DNA of 64,000 nt from Squalus acanthias. Lineage: Eukaryota. The DNA lies in NCBI GenBank assembly GCA_030390025.1, contig CM059432.1:73038001-73102000 (forward strand), written 5' to 3'. This document shows positions 13,320 to 24,672 of this stretch, piece by piece; positions within the stretch are counted from its first letter, which is position 1, and every line of letters begins with the position of its first letter. The notes below the pieces were generated by a model. It was not told the DNA's origin. It did no database searches and saw only the letters and a program-made list of their open reading frames with translations. Position numbers and translations under genes: made by a program.

Positions 13320-15424
13320 ATTGCAGATCATCACACCAGGGAGAGAGCCAGGAGGTTCTCCAATGAAGTGCTGGAGGCACTCGTAGTGCCCGTGGAGAGG
13401 AGCTAGGTTGTCCTCTACCCACAAAGTGGCAGGAAGCCCTTGCCCTATACGTCCCGTACCATGTGGCAGGAGATGGCGGACCATGTGACGGCCAGCACTG
13501 TGGTGCCACGGTCCGCCATCCAGTGCAGGAAGAAGTTTAATGACCTCACATGGGTGGGCAAGGTGAGTGAAGACTTCAGCAAATCCCACATACCACCATC
13601 TGCACCACAAGCCTCATATACTGCTCAAGGCACCACACCCCCAGCACTCACATACCAACAATCTCTACCTGTTACCACTCGCATCTCAGTCGCAGCTTCA
13701 CTTCACGCTCACAACCTTGCCACTGCTGCAACAATCACACCCACATCTCACACCTTGCACACACTGACAGCTATTCAACACATTGCACTACACTCACATT
13801 TCTCTTTCTCTTGCAGGCCAAGCTGGCACATAATCGCCAGGAGCAGTAGCAGATAGGCAGGGACCAGGCAGACATGCAGGATTTTATCCAGCTGTTGGAT
13901 TGAGCACTCCAGCTAACTGGATGGCACGTGGTAGAGGCTGTAGTAACCAGCGAGGTTCAACCCCTTGGGGACAACAACAGTATGTTCATTCCTAATCCTT
14001 CTTCTCACGTCCCACTTACACCTCAGCCCACAATCTTTTCGCACTTTCAAGCTACTCATGCTGTATGCATGCATATCTGGCTTCACCGCACCCCGCCAAC
14101 CCCCCCCGCTCCCCTCACCATAACCCGACTCTTGTGCCTTTCTGCTTTCAGATAATCAACAAGCACCCGAGCAGCCGGTCCCTGATGTCATCGAAGAGAA
14201 CAAGAGGGGGGGGGGGGGGGGGGGGGGAGAAGAGGAAGAAGAAGACACCGTGTCACTGCATCTGTCACTCGCAGACACCAGCTCAGAAACTGGCACTGCG
14301 CGTACTTTGGAGGCTAGTGTAGATGTGGGATCTGCACAGGGTGAGGCACCGGGCACAAGTGGACTGGAACAAGGCCAGGGGCAAAGGGTAGCTCGGGAGC
14401 CAGCTCCCCAGAGGGTGAACTTGCGCATGAGATCTGCTGCACAGGACTCAGATGAGGACCTCGATGGGGAGGTCTTCATAAGAAGGGCGATGGGCATGCA
14501 CACCGAATTGATGAGTGCAATGGCAAGCCTGCCAGAGAGCATCTCGGCAATGTCAAGGATCGTGGAGGAGTCCGGCTCCAACATTGCACGGGGTTCTGCG
14601 CAGAGCATGGAGCCCAGGATTTCCAGCCTGGAATTGATGGTACACTCCCAAAGAGACCATGGCAACCAACGTTCCCTCTAAGCTGTGCGAGTGCACGGCC
14701 GCGTGGTAATCTGCAAGGTCCCGCGCAGCTGCTCACAAGCTTTTACATTGGAAATACCGTGCAGGCGGAGAAATTTAATGGGAAGAAACAGGCTGCACAG
14801 AACATAGTGCAGTCTACAGGGAACAGTGGTGACGACCCAGATGTGATGGTGTGAATGATGGGCGATGTTGCAGCTTCCATTGCAGCACAGGCGGAAGTGA
14901 CCCAACGTCTTAGTGCTGCAGCAGAAGCTCAGACTGCTCTCGTGTCTCTGCTTGGTGCCATCGAAACTCAGACTGCTCTCATGCAGTCTCAGCTTGAAGT
15001 CACCCAAGCTCAGACTGCTGCCATCGTGGCTGGGTTTACCACTGTCGACCAGGGCTTTCAGGGTGTCGCAGCAGGCCAGCAATCTGTGCTCCAAAAGATT
15101 GCTAGGAATGCTATGGCACTGTCCTGGGTGAGTGGCAGTGGGTCATTGGAGCAGGACCCTGCTGTCCTCTCTCACGATGACTGTATTCCTGCTCCCACCT
15201 CTGCCACTCCGCCATTGCCTTACCACTGTCTGTCAGCCAGCCAGTCCAGACTGCTGCCGCCCATGCCAAGGTGGTGCAGTCTACAACTGGGCCTTCTCGG
15301 GCCAGAGCTGCTCGAGGTCATCCTGCAAGGCCATCTGAAGTCTCCCGCACGGAAACTCAGCAGCCTTCCACCAGCCACTGGGGGAGCACTTCGTAGGAGC
15401 AATAGATTAGGAAAAGCCACATGA
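13320..15424 (+). pseudogene. Harbinger Myb/SANT-like gene of element C (exons ~13320-13562, 13817-13979, 14152-~15424)
   Basis: RERARRFSNEVLEALV..MWQEMADHVTA..RSAIQCRKKFNDLTWVGK|GTGAGT; exon 2 AKLAHNRQEQ. The start codon reads ATT, there are several in-frame stops, and a hAT MITE sits in exon 3. Confidence 0.8.
14667..14828. mobile_element. hAT-type MITE
   Basis: TIR CAACGTTCCCTCTAAGCTG / CAGTCTACAGGGAACAGTG; 8-bp flanks ATGGCAAC / GTGACGAC differ only by transitions, consistent with a decayed 8-bp TSD. Confidence 0.65.
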
Positions 15425-15919
15425 AAGACAGGCACTATGGCTGGAGTTTTACCGGTGCTGTGAGGGCGGGATAAGGGGTGGGTCTGCTGTCAAAATAGAA
15501 AAGATTGACAGCGGGTCAGGAACCCGCTGTCAAGCCGCCTCCACACGAGCCCCCAGGTGTCGGGTCTGTCAGCGCTGAACAGACCCGACACCAAGCAGCA
15601 GGGGAGACAATTTAGATCATTAAATACATTAAGAGGCAATTAAGTCTTATTTTAAGCTTACCATTAGATTTTGAGAGTTCGCCAACGGCTTCCATGCTGC
15701 TCGTGGATCACGTCAGTTAAGGAGGTCGGGTGTTGTGTCAGCACGGGATGATTTACTAACTTGACAGCTTCAAATGGTCTATAAAAGCTCCCATTTCATA
15801 GGTCTTCACTTTCCAAGGTTAGAAGCTCTTGCTTACTGCATTTGGAAGACAGATTGAGCTTTATGCAGCTAGCAAGTGTTTGGAGTAAATTCTCTATCCA
15901 GTGTCACCTCATTAGGTTG

Positions 15920-16177
15920 ATTTGGCTATGATAAAATTGACCCTTAGTGTTAGGGGGGATTAAATATGTGGGGTTATGGGGATAGGATGGGATATGTTAG
16001 GGGGAATTAAATACGTGGGGTTACGGGGGTAGGGTGGGATATGTGTACTGTGGGGATTAAAGCAGGGACAGGGTACTGGATTTGGATGATCAGCCATGAT
16101 CGTATTGAATGGCGGAGCAGGCTCGACGGGCCGAATGGCCTACTCCTGCTCCTAGATTCTATGTTTCTATGTTTCTA
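15920..16177 (+). mobile_element. SINE/CR1 3'-tail fragment inside element D
   Basis: taaaattgacccttagtg..ggggatagg repeats followed by the CR1 tail gatcagccatgatcgtattgaatggcggagcaggctcg..ttctatgtttctatgtttcta. Confidence 0.65.
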
Positions 16178-16247
16178 TTGGAAGAACTCCCTCACCACTG
16201 ACATCGCTTCTGTCATCTCAACCTCACCTGCCATCTATTCCATCAGC

Positions 16248-16441
16248 ATCAGTGCCCTTGAAAAAATCTCACCTTGGTCCTCAGAATCCCACCATGATCA
16301 GCCCCAACACCAGGCACACCAGCAGCACCAACATCAACACCAACCTTCTCCGCAATCAACTGATGCTGCACAGGACACAGGACATCAGCACCCAATTACA
16401 TTGCTGCCTGGGATGGCCTCACCATAGCCAGATTTACTTCA
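16248..16441 (+). pseudogene. Harbinger transposase remnant with the same internal deletion as element B
   Basis: SPWSSESHHDQPQHQAHQQ..DAAQDTGHQH joined through CAGCAC (16386-16391) to C-terminal sequence ..gggatggcctcaccatagccagatttact. Confidence 0.8.
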
Positions 16442-16949
16442 CTTGATACTGTACACCCTGGCTGCCACATGTTGTGCCAGGTTGGCACCACCCCACACCA
16501 ACACCATAAAGCATTCCTACAATGCCCAAGCCATTCCTTTCACACTCATCGCCATTGAGGGGGAGGGTACCCTTATGTCTCACCATTCACTGCAACTCAC
16601 TAAGCCACTTCCTAAGGTGTATATAAATCTGTCCAAGAACGCAAAGTGTTGAAAATAAAGATTTCAATGTTTGACAGCACATTACCAGAAACTTCACATG
16701 AACATTGGCTAAACCACACAAGTGCCTACCCTTGTGTGTTGTTAGTTGGTATGCTTGCAGTAGGATGAGGGTGAGTGTGAGGGGTGGCTAGTGAGATGGA
16801 GAAGTGATAATGTAGATAGAGAGGTGATAATGTAGATAGAGAGGGATAGGTGGAGGTGCAAGGTAGGTTGGTGTGAGTAAAGATGTGCAGGAGTAGGGTA
16901 GGGAAGTCGGAGTGAGGGGGAATGTGATGAGGTTGAGTGTGGCTTGGCA

Positions 16950-18590
16950 GTAACGTTTCGTGATCTACTGAGATCATTGAAAGGTTTGCGCCACTGCAGC
17001 CTGGTCCTCCTGACAACATCCCTGCTTGTGCCCTCCTGTGCAATGTGCAACCAGGCTGCGCTGGTCTCCTTTGGAAGGGAAGAGAACGTGTAACCCCACT
17101 ATTTAAAAAAGGTGGTAGAGAGAAAACGGGAATTATAGACCGGTAAGCCTGACATCGGTAGTGGGGAAAATGCTAGAGTCCATTATAAAAGATGTAATAG
17201 CAGAGCACTTGGAAAACAGTGACAGGATCGGACAAAGTCAACATGGATTTACAAAAGGTAAATCATGCTTGACTAACCTACTGGAATTTTTTGAGGATGT
17301 AACTGGTAGAATAGATAAGGGAGAACCAGTGGATGTGGTGTATTTGGACTTTCAGAAGGCTTTTGATAAGGTCCCGCTTAAGAGATTTGCGTGCAAAGTT
17401 AAAGCACATGGGATTGGGGGTAAGGTACTGACTTGGATAGAGAACTGGTTGGCAGACAGGAAGCAAAGAGTTGGAATAAACGGGTCTTTTTCCGAGAGGC
17501 AGGCAGTGACTAGTGGGGTACCGCAGGGATTGGTGCTAGGACCCCAGCTATTCACAATATATATTAATGATCTAGACGAGAGAACTAGATGTAATATCTC
17601 CAAGTTTGCAGACGACACAAAGCTGGGTAGGCGTGTGTGCTGTGAGGATGCAGCAGAGAAACTCCAGTATGATTTGGACAGGTTGGGTGTTTGGGCAGAT
17701 GCATGGCAGATGCAGTATAATGTGGATAAATGCGAGGCTATCCACTTTGGTGGCAAAAACAGGAAGACAGATTATCTGAACGGCAATAGATTGGGAAAAG
17801 GGGAAGTGCAACGAGACCTGGGTGTCCTTGTGCACCAGTCGCTGAAGGTAAGCATGCAGGTGCAGCAGGCGGTTAAGAAGGCAAATGTTATGTTGGCCTT
17901 CATAGCGAGAGGATTCGAGTACAGGAGCAAGGATGTCTTGCTGCAGTTGTACAGGGCCTTGGTGAGACCACACCTTGAGTATTGTGTGCAGTTTTGGTCG
18001 CCTTATGAGAGGAAGGATGTTCTTGCCATGGAGGGAGTGCAGCGAAGATTCACCAGACTGATACCTGGGATGGCAGGAATGACGTATGAAGAGAGATTGG
18101 GTCGATTAGGCTTATAGTCGCTCGAGTTTAGAAGAATGAGAGGGGATCTCATTGAAACTTATAAAATTCTAACAGGACTAGACAGACTAGATGCAGGAAG
18201 GATGTTCCCAATGGCCGGGGAGTCCAGAACCAGGGGTCACAGTATAAGGATAAGGGGTAAACCATTTAGGACTGAGATGAGGAGGAATTTCTTCACCCAG
18301 AGAGCGGTGAACCTGTGGAATTCTCTACCACAGAAGGCAGTTGAGGCCAATTCATTAAATATATTCAAGAAGGAGTTAGATATATTTCTTAAGGCTAAAG
18401 GGATCAAGGGATCAAGGGATATGGGGAGAAAGCAGGGACAGGGTACTGAATTTGGATGATCAGCCATGATCTCATTGAATGGTAGAACAGGCTCGAGGGG
18501 CCGAATGGCCTACTCCTGCTCCTATCTTCTATGTTTCTCCCTGCGTGCTGTGATTCCCTCCATGCATGGGAGAGCCTGGGTGCAGTGTTT
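16950..18590 (-). pseudogene. Myb/SANT exon 1 of element D, split by a CR1; exons 2-3 absent
   Basis: EGITARRE (18537-18560), then the CR1, then VLFPSKG..HIAQEGTSRDVVRRTRLQWRKPFNDLSRSR (17087-16950). Confidence 0.75.
17089..18536 (+). mobile_element. 5'-truncated CR1 LINE (RT domain and 3' tail)
   Basis: ORF 17161-18117 with QHGF..KSCLTNL, VYLDFQKAFDKV, GVPQG, SKFADDTKL; one in-frame stop, then 18136-18459 in the same frame; ttctatgtttc tail. Confidence 0.95.
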
Positions 18591-19052
18591 GTCAGAGTTT
18601 GCAGCACCTCAATGCTGTAGAATACTGACAGCACAACTGTCAAAGTAAATTTGGACATGGTCCCTTTAAGGAAACCGGCTGATGACGCGTCATCAAATGA
18701 CGTCATCAGACCCGCTTCCTTTTAATTGGCAGGGAACCTCGCTGGGCAGGCTTAACAAGCCCAATCAACATAAAATCACTTGGAGAGTGTGGGCTGGAGC
18801 AGGCAGCAGGCTAGGACTGCGCTACCGACCCCGGCCGGCGAAATCGCAGCCTAAGGGATTGCGCAAGGGTGGTTAGTTCATATTGTAATGTAAATATGCG
18901 TGAATTGATTTGTGATAAATTTATTAATTTTGTTTGGTATCTTTTGAGGTGTCTCGCATTTCAGCTTTGTGCCCAGGTGAGTGCTGTGACATTCCGTGAG
19001 GCACGGATGGTATGATGGGGATGTGGTGAGCAACGGGGATCTGGGGTTTCAT

Positions 19053-20232
19053 TCATTGGAATCGGAGTCTGATGAGGCATTCACGGAGAGCCCGTCCGGA
19101 AGGATGATTGGCTGCCTGCCTCCTCCCTCCCTCCTCTTCCTGTTGCTCCTCGTCGTCCTCCTTTACCTCTTTCTCCCCGTCCTCCTACTCGTCCTCCTCC
19201 GGAGGTGGTCCCATAATCCCTGGTGGAAAGGGCTGTGTCCTAATGATGGCCTAAGTTGTGAAGCATGCAGCAGACCACCACAAAATGGGACACCATCTCC
19301 GCCGAGTACTGGAGGGCTCCTCCCGTGCGGTCAAGGCAGCGGAACCGTTGCTTCAGTAGCCTAATGGTCTGCTCAATGTTCCTCGTGGCAGCATAGCTCT
19401 CATTATACGAGTGCTGGGCACAAGTGTTGGGGTTGCTGAGGCGAGTAATGAATCAGGTGCAGAGCGGATAGCCCTGGTCTTCGAACAGCCACCCTCGAGT
19501 TTGTTGTGGTGGCTGGAAGATTGCTGGCACACCGGAGTGACACAGGATGAAGGCATCATGGCTACTGCCAGAATAGCAGGCATGATTGACATTGAGGAAT
19601 CATTGTGTGTGGTCGCACACCACCTGTACATTAAGTGAGTGGTAGTCTTTGGGTTATGGAAGATGTCAGGATTGTTATGCGGTGCCTGCAAAGCCACGTG
19701 TGTACAGTCGATGGCACCCTGCACCATGGGGAAGCCCGCTATCCTGGCAAAGCCACATGCGCACTCATCTTGCTCCTCTCTGCTCAGAGAGAAGAAAACA
19801 TAGTCCCTTTTCCTGGTGTAGAGAGCCTCAGTGACCTCCCGGATGCAGCGATGGACGGCGAACTGTGAGATGTTAGCTATGTCTCCTGCTGCAGACTGGA
19901 AAGATCCTGGCAAAGAAATTGAGGGCCATGGTGACCTTGACTGCCACTGGGAGAGCCATGGTCGCCCTGCTCTTAGGCTGCAGGTCTGGTTGCAGGAGGT
20001 GGTAGAGTTCTGTGACCACCTCCTTGGTGAAGTGTAGTCTCCTAATATACTGCTCCTCGCTTAAGTGGAGGTAGGAGAAGTGCTGTTGGAAGACCCTAGG
20101 TGGGTAAGGCCTCCTGTTGAGAGCCCTCATGGCTCTCCTCCCTCTGCGCGCACATTACCGTCTTCCTTACTGCCTCCGCTCCCTCTGCCGAAGATCCTGG
20201 AGCGCGAGGTCGACTGCCAGTACAACCCCTAT
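19053..20232 (-). pseudogene. Harbinger DDE transposase (HARBI1-like family) of element C, decayed
   Basis: RRPYPPRVF..LPVAVKVTMALNFFA..GSFQ..FPMVQGAIDCTHV..SLNVQVVCDH..HDAFIL..DQGYPL..IEQTIRLLKQRFRCLDRTGGALQYS..LHN, with frameshifts and stops. Confidence 0.9.
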
Positions 20233-21888
20233 GACTGAGCAAGTGTTGTGAGCAGAAGCCTTTAAAAAATAATGAAGGCGTTCTGCACTTGCAATAAAAC
20301 TCCCTGTTACCATAGAACCTTGAAAGAAGCTGTTGGAGTTGCAGAAAGTAGCACACAGCCAGTCAAACTGCAGAACCATGTCAGGTGCAACTGATTGCTG
20401 ATGATCCCTTTAAATATCACTGCTGGGGCCTCCTTCCTGCTTTTGAACACTTGCTCTGCCTCTCGTTGTTTAGGCAAGTTTAGGTTGTAAGTTGAACGGC
20501 AAAATCCAATGCTATAGGTTGGGCGTCACTTGAGCGTTGCACACTCACTTACGTCACGATCTGGTTAATTTCAATTCCTCCAACGGCCGCGTTTATCGGC
20601 AGCGCTGCCGGCCCCCGCAAAATGGCGGCCGCCGTGGGACCCACCACCAGCTGGCGGAAGAGCGGCAGCCGCCATTTTTTCGCCATATTATGCCGGTAAC
20701 GGGTGGCGTTAAACACTCGAATTTTTAGCCCAGTAAGTTTGCCACTGACATGCGCTGTGAACTTAGGAGCGTTTCTGGTGATTCCAGAGAATTGTGTGTT
20801 CTGACTGACAAGATTTTGTAAAGTATTATTTTGATCAGAGGCCTATCTATTCCTGACAACAGCCACTTTCATTTCAAACTGAGAAACTCTTCACTTTTGT
20901 ACAAAGACCCATCATTATTGCTGTCATTTACTATAATCTATATCAAAGCACTTGTGCGTTGGCTCTAACTAGTAACTACTACTTTGCTGTTTCTGTTCTG
21001 GCCAGCTGTTCCCTACTTCTGCACATTGTACACCAGTTGGCGGACGGGGAAACCAATGTGGGTAGCCCTGAGGCTCTGTTTGTTAATGTTACTTACCAGC
21101 TGCTGCCTATGTGGTGGTAGCAAGCAGATCTGGAAGTGTGCCAGCTTTCAGCAGAAGAGGTGTGGTGTCCCTGAAGCCTTCCCTGCCTGTCACCACTTGA
21201 CACAGAGCAGTGGTGAGCATGATCCCCAGGGCTACTGACAGACACTGCTGGAGTTTAATGTAAATACAGTCTACGGCTGTATTTACATGCTGCTAACCAT
21301 GTACTACTGGCAATGACCAAAGCAAAACTCTGCAGACACCTTCAGTGAATATCTGATGATTAGTCAAGCTACCTTCTGCATGCAGCTAAAGATAATACTG
21401 TCACTGTAACTCTTAAAAGGGTGATAGTTTAAAGAATTAACATTACTTTTTGGTTATCTGTTATGCTACAAAACTATTTAGAATCAAATCTGTGAGATAT
21501 GTCTTTAATGCTCTAACCGCCAAGACGTTCAACAAAAGAAATAAGTTTTGCAATGGATTCATTAAACAATGATGGGTGTTGGGTTCTTCTTTTTATGTTC
21601 TCCCCTCTTCTCCTGAAAACACTGGGGTATGGTTCTATGGATACTGGCTGCCCTTTGGTGTCTTACCAAATCAAACTTTTTCACACATGTTGCCAGATTA
21701 TTTAGTCATACTGGATATCACAACCAATCCCAATCCTCTTCTCACCTGACATCCACACATGCACACTTTCGAGCAGGGATCAGTGGATAACAATCAGGAG
21801 TGGGAACATTGACTGAGTCCCCCTTCTTCCCTCTCCCCACCACCTGAAGCTCCACCACCCGAAGCTAAGTTTTATCAACAGGGGGATG

Positions 21889-22443
21889 GGGGGATTTTCA
21901 ACTGCCAGCTGCCCATTTCTCGCCTTAAAAATAGGTAGCCAGCAATAAAAAATTGTGATGCAGATTTCAGGTGGACCTGTATATGGGCGAACGGCCCGCT
22001 GGCCTGAAACAGGTGGGAAGCTGCCTAAATATACAAACAGGGTCTCACACCATTTGTAGGAACTCAAGTGCAATTTTCAGCTACAAAAGCACACTTCACC
22101 TATTTATACCAGATGGTGAGTGGCCTAACCAGTGGTTATTAAACGGCCCAGGAAACTTCTAATTTTTATTTTTGGTGTGCCCAGGTGGAGCTGACAGCCT
22201 GTTCAAGGCTCCTTCCCCTCCTCCAGGTTCATCTCCTCCGCTCCCAGGCCCGACCTGTCATTCGGCTCAGCATGGGAGCCAGCTGATTTCCTGCCCTTGC
22301 ATGAGTGGCGAGCTGCCGGGACACCCACTTGGTGCCCACAGCTTACCAGCAGCTTGAGACTCATGCTGGTACAGCCGGGCAGTCTGAGCAGCTGCTCTGA
22401 CGGCTTCGCGCCTGTCTTGAGCGCTACTTTAAAATCACACCCC
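21889..22443. mobile_element. Degenerate Harbinger-type MITE
   Basis: GGGGGATTTTCAA ... TTTAAAATCACACCC termini around a GC-rich interior; no clear TSD. Confidence 0.45.
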
Positions 22444-22879
22444 CACCACCCCAGAGGTCAAACCTGGGACCACTGTGGCCTGCACAAGTTAGTATTACAA
22501 GAGCCAATGCATATACAACAGAGTCATCAGAGGAGCTCAACAATGGTGGCTGTTGAAAACAGCACAGAATTGCACTGATTTAGCAGACTGAGAGAAATGG
22601 ATTACTCCTGTTATATTAATGGCTGAAATCATCCCTTATTGATTTTTCAAATTAAAGCATTTACTGCTGTTTTATATCATTCAATTTTAATGTAAAAATG
22701 AGTGCTTTGGAACATAAGTTAGAAGAAAAGTAAAACAAAAAATGTACATGTATATATTTTTTTAATTTCAACCGTTTTCCCCAAGATTCTTCAGTCAGAG
22801 AGATCTAAGAGGCACTGTGCTGGTAAATACAGCAAAACTACCAGTGTAAGTGAGCAGATGGGCTTGGCCGATCAGATTG

Positions 22880-23200
22880 GGCATTTGAATTTAGTTTTTT
22901 TTAAATCTGGAAATAAAAAGATGGTACCTGTAAGAGTGACCATGAAGCTATCGCATTGTCATTAAAACCCAATGGTTCACTAATGTCCTTTAGGGAAGGA
23001 AACCTCCTGTCCTTACTCAGTCTGGCCTATTTGTGATTCCAGTCCCACGCCAACATCGTTGGCTCTTAAGTACTCTGTGAATTGGCCTAGCAAACCACTC
23101 AGTTGTATCAAACCGCTATACGCAGCAATCAGGGCAACTAGGGATGGGCATTAAATGCCAGCCTTGCCAACGATGCCCACATTCTAAGAATTCATTTAAA
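22880..23200 (+). mobile_element. Shark-type SINE body with LINE-derived tail
   Basis: gaccatgaagct..ggttcactaatgtcctttagggaaggaaacct..agggcaactagggatgggcattaaatgccagccttgcc, ending in an A-rich tail; recognised by eye. Confidence 0.55.
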
Positions 23201-23656
23201 AAAACAAGGGGTGGAGCCTGTGCAGTGCACATTCCTTCTACTGGCACCTCAAAATTGCATCAGGGTCCTATGTACATCATAGGATGCCGATTAGCATATA
23301 ACAAGTAGGCTCCTACCTGAAACAGGCGGGTGCCTGGCCGCCCATGCGAAGGCCCCAATGAAAATGCTGATGGGTAGATCGGGAGCCGGCACCCCGTTCC
23401 CGCTGAACAGAGGCCGTCAAAATTGGGGCCATTATGTTTACGTTGCTTTGCCTGCACAAGAAAGGGTGCAGAATAAAAACTTGGCCAATGTTGTTAAATA
23501 ATCCATTTGCTCATAGCAACCTTAAATACTTGCAAGTGTGATGTTAGAGTGGTTCTATATAATTTGTCTTCTACAATGCACAAACTGCTAAACTGTTGTC
23601 TGTTAAATTATTGCTACATTATACTTAAATTGTTTACAACTTCACATAGAGACTTT

Positions 23657-24672
23657 GGCCCGATATTTACAGGGTGGCGGGGATGGAGGAGCTCCAGATG
23701 GGGAACCTATGAGTACGGGTTTCCCGGACGTCCTGCTGAAATTAACAGCAGGATGTGTTTTAAAGTTTTTCACCAGGTTGGGCGAGAAAGCCTATGGTAC
23801 AAGGCTGCAGCTGGGAGTGGAGAAGATCAAGGTCGGGGGGAAATCGATGTTGGGAGAAGATTGAGGTCAGGGGGAGATCGAGGTCAGGGAGAAGATCGAG
23901 GTCAGGAGAAGATCGAGGTCAGGGAGAAGGTCGAGGCTGGGAAAGATCGGGGTCAGGGAGAAGATCGGGGTCGTGAGGAGGTCAGGGAGAAGGTCGAGGC
24001 CGGGAAAGATCGGGGTCAGGGAGAAGATCGAGGTCGGGCGGAAGATCGGGGTCGGGCGGAAGATCGGGGTCGGGGGGAAGATCGGGGTCGGGGCGGAAGA
24101 TCGGGGTCGGGGCGGAAGATCGGGGTCGGGGCGGAAGATCGAGGTCGGGCGGAAGATCGGGGTCGGGCGGAAGATCGGGGTCGGGCGGAAGATCGAGGTC
24201 GGGCGGAAGATCGAGGTCGGGAGGAGATCGAGGTCGGGAGGAGATCGAGGTCGGGAGGAGATCGAGGTCGGGGGGATCGGTGATCGCAGCGGGGGAGAAT
24301 CAGTGATCGCGAGGTGTCGGTGATTGTGAGGGGGGTCGGTGATCACGAGGGGGCTGGTGATTGCGGGGTGGGGAATGATCTTTGCTTGTTGGGCCTGGAG
24401 GAAACACTCCTGCTCCTCCTGGCTCATAAACAGTACTATAAATGCACTTACCTTATGGATCCAGCCCTTCTCGCCTCCTTTTACCTGCTGGGTTTCGGGA
24501 AACCCGGCCGAAATGGGTTAAAAATAAAAAAAAACCTGTTAAAATGGAGGCACGCACGCAGCCTCCTTAAAAGATTTTACCGACTGAGAGCTAATTGATT
24601 GGCCGCCCCCCGACCCGCCTCCTTGGGTGGGTTGGGGTCGGGTTTGAGATTTTTGGGGGTTAAAATTCCCCC
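23657..24672. mobile_element. Harbinger-type MITE family F with internal minisatellite
   Basis: Ends GGCCCGATATTTAC / TTAAAATTCCCCC; probable TTG duplication; shares the acttacct..ggatccagc block with other family F copies. Confidence 0.78.
23866..24280. repeat. 18-19-bp minisatellite, roughly 20 copies
   Basis: Units GGAAGATCG(G/A)GGTCGGGC and GGAGAAGATCGAGGTCAGG with graded variants. Confidence 0.9.

Larger units (their letters stand above)
15439..18851. mobile_element. PIF/Harbinger element D (relative of B, opposite orientation), nested in C
   Basis: TIR GGCTGGAGTTTTACCGG / CCGGCGAAATCGCAGCC; flanks TAT/TAA; 16180-16740 is the reverse complement of element B ~7870-8440. Confidence 0.82.
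12972..20731. mobile_element. PIF/Harbinger element C: decayed full-length two-gene copy with nested insertions
   Basis: TIR GGCCTAGAAATT / AATTTTTAGCCC; TSD AGT (12969-12971, 20732-20734); Myb gene (+) and DDE transposase (-) convergent. Confidence 0.85.

Noticed and set aside
23507..24427. 258-aa and 186-aa RG-rich ORFs
   Set aside because: Read-through of the 18-19-bp minisatellite.
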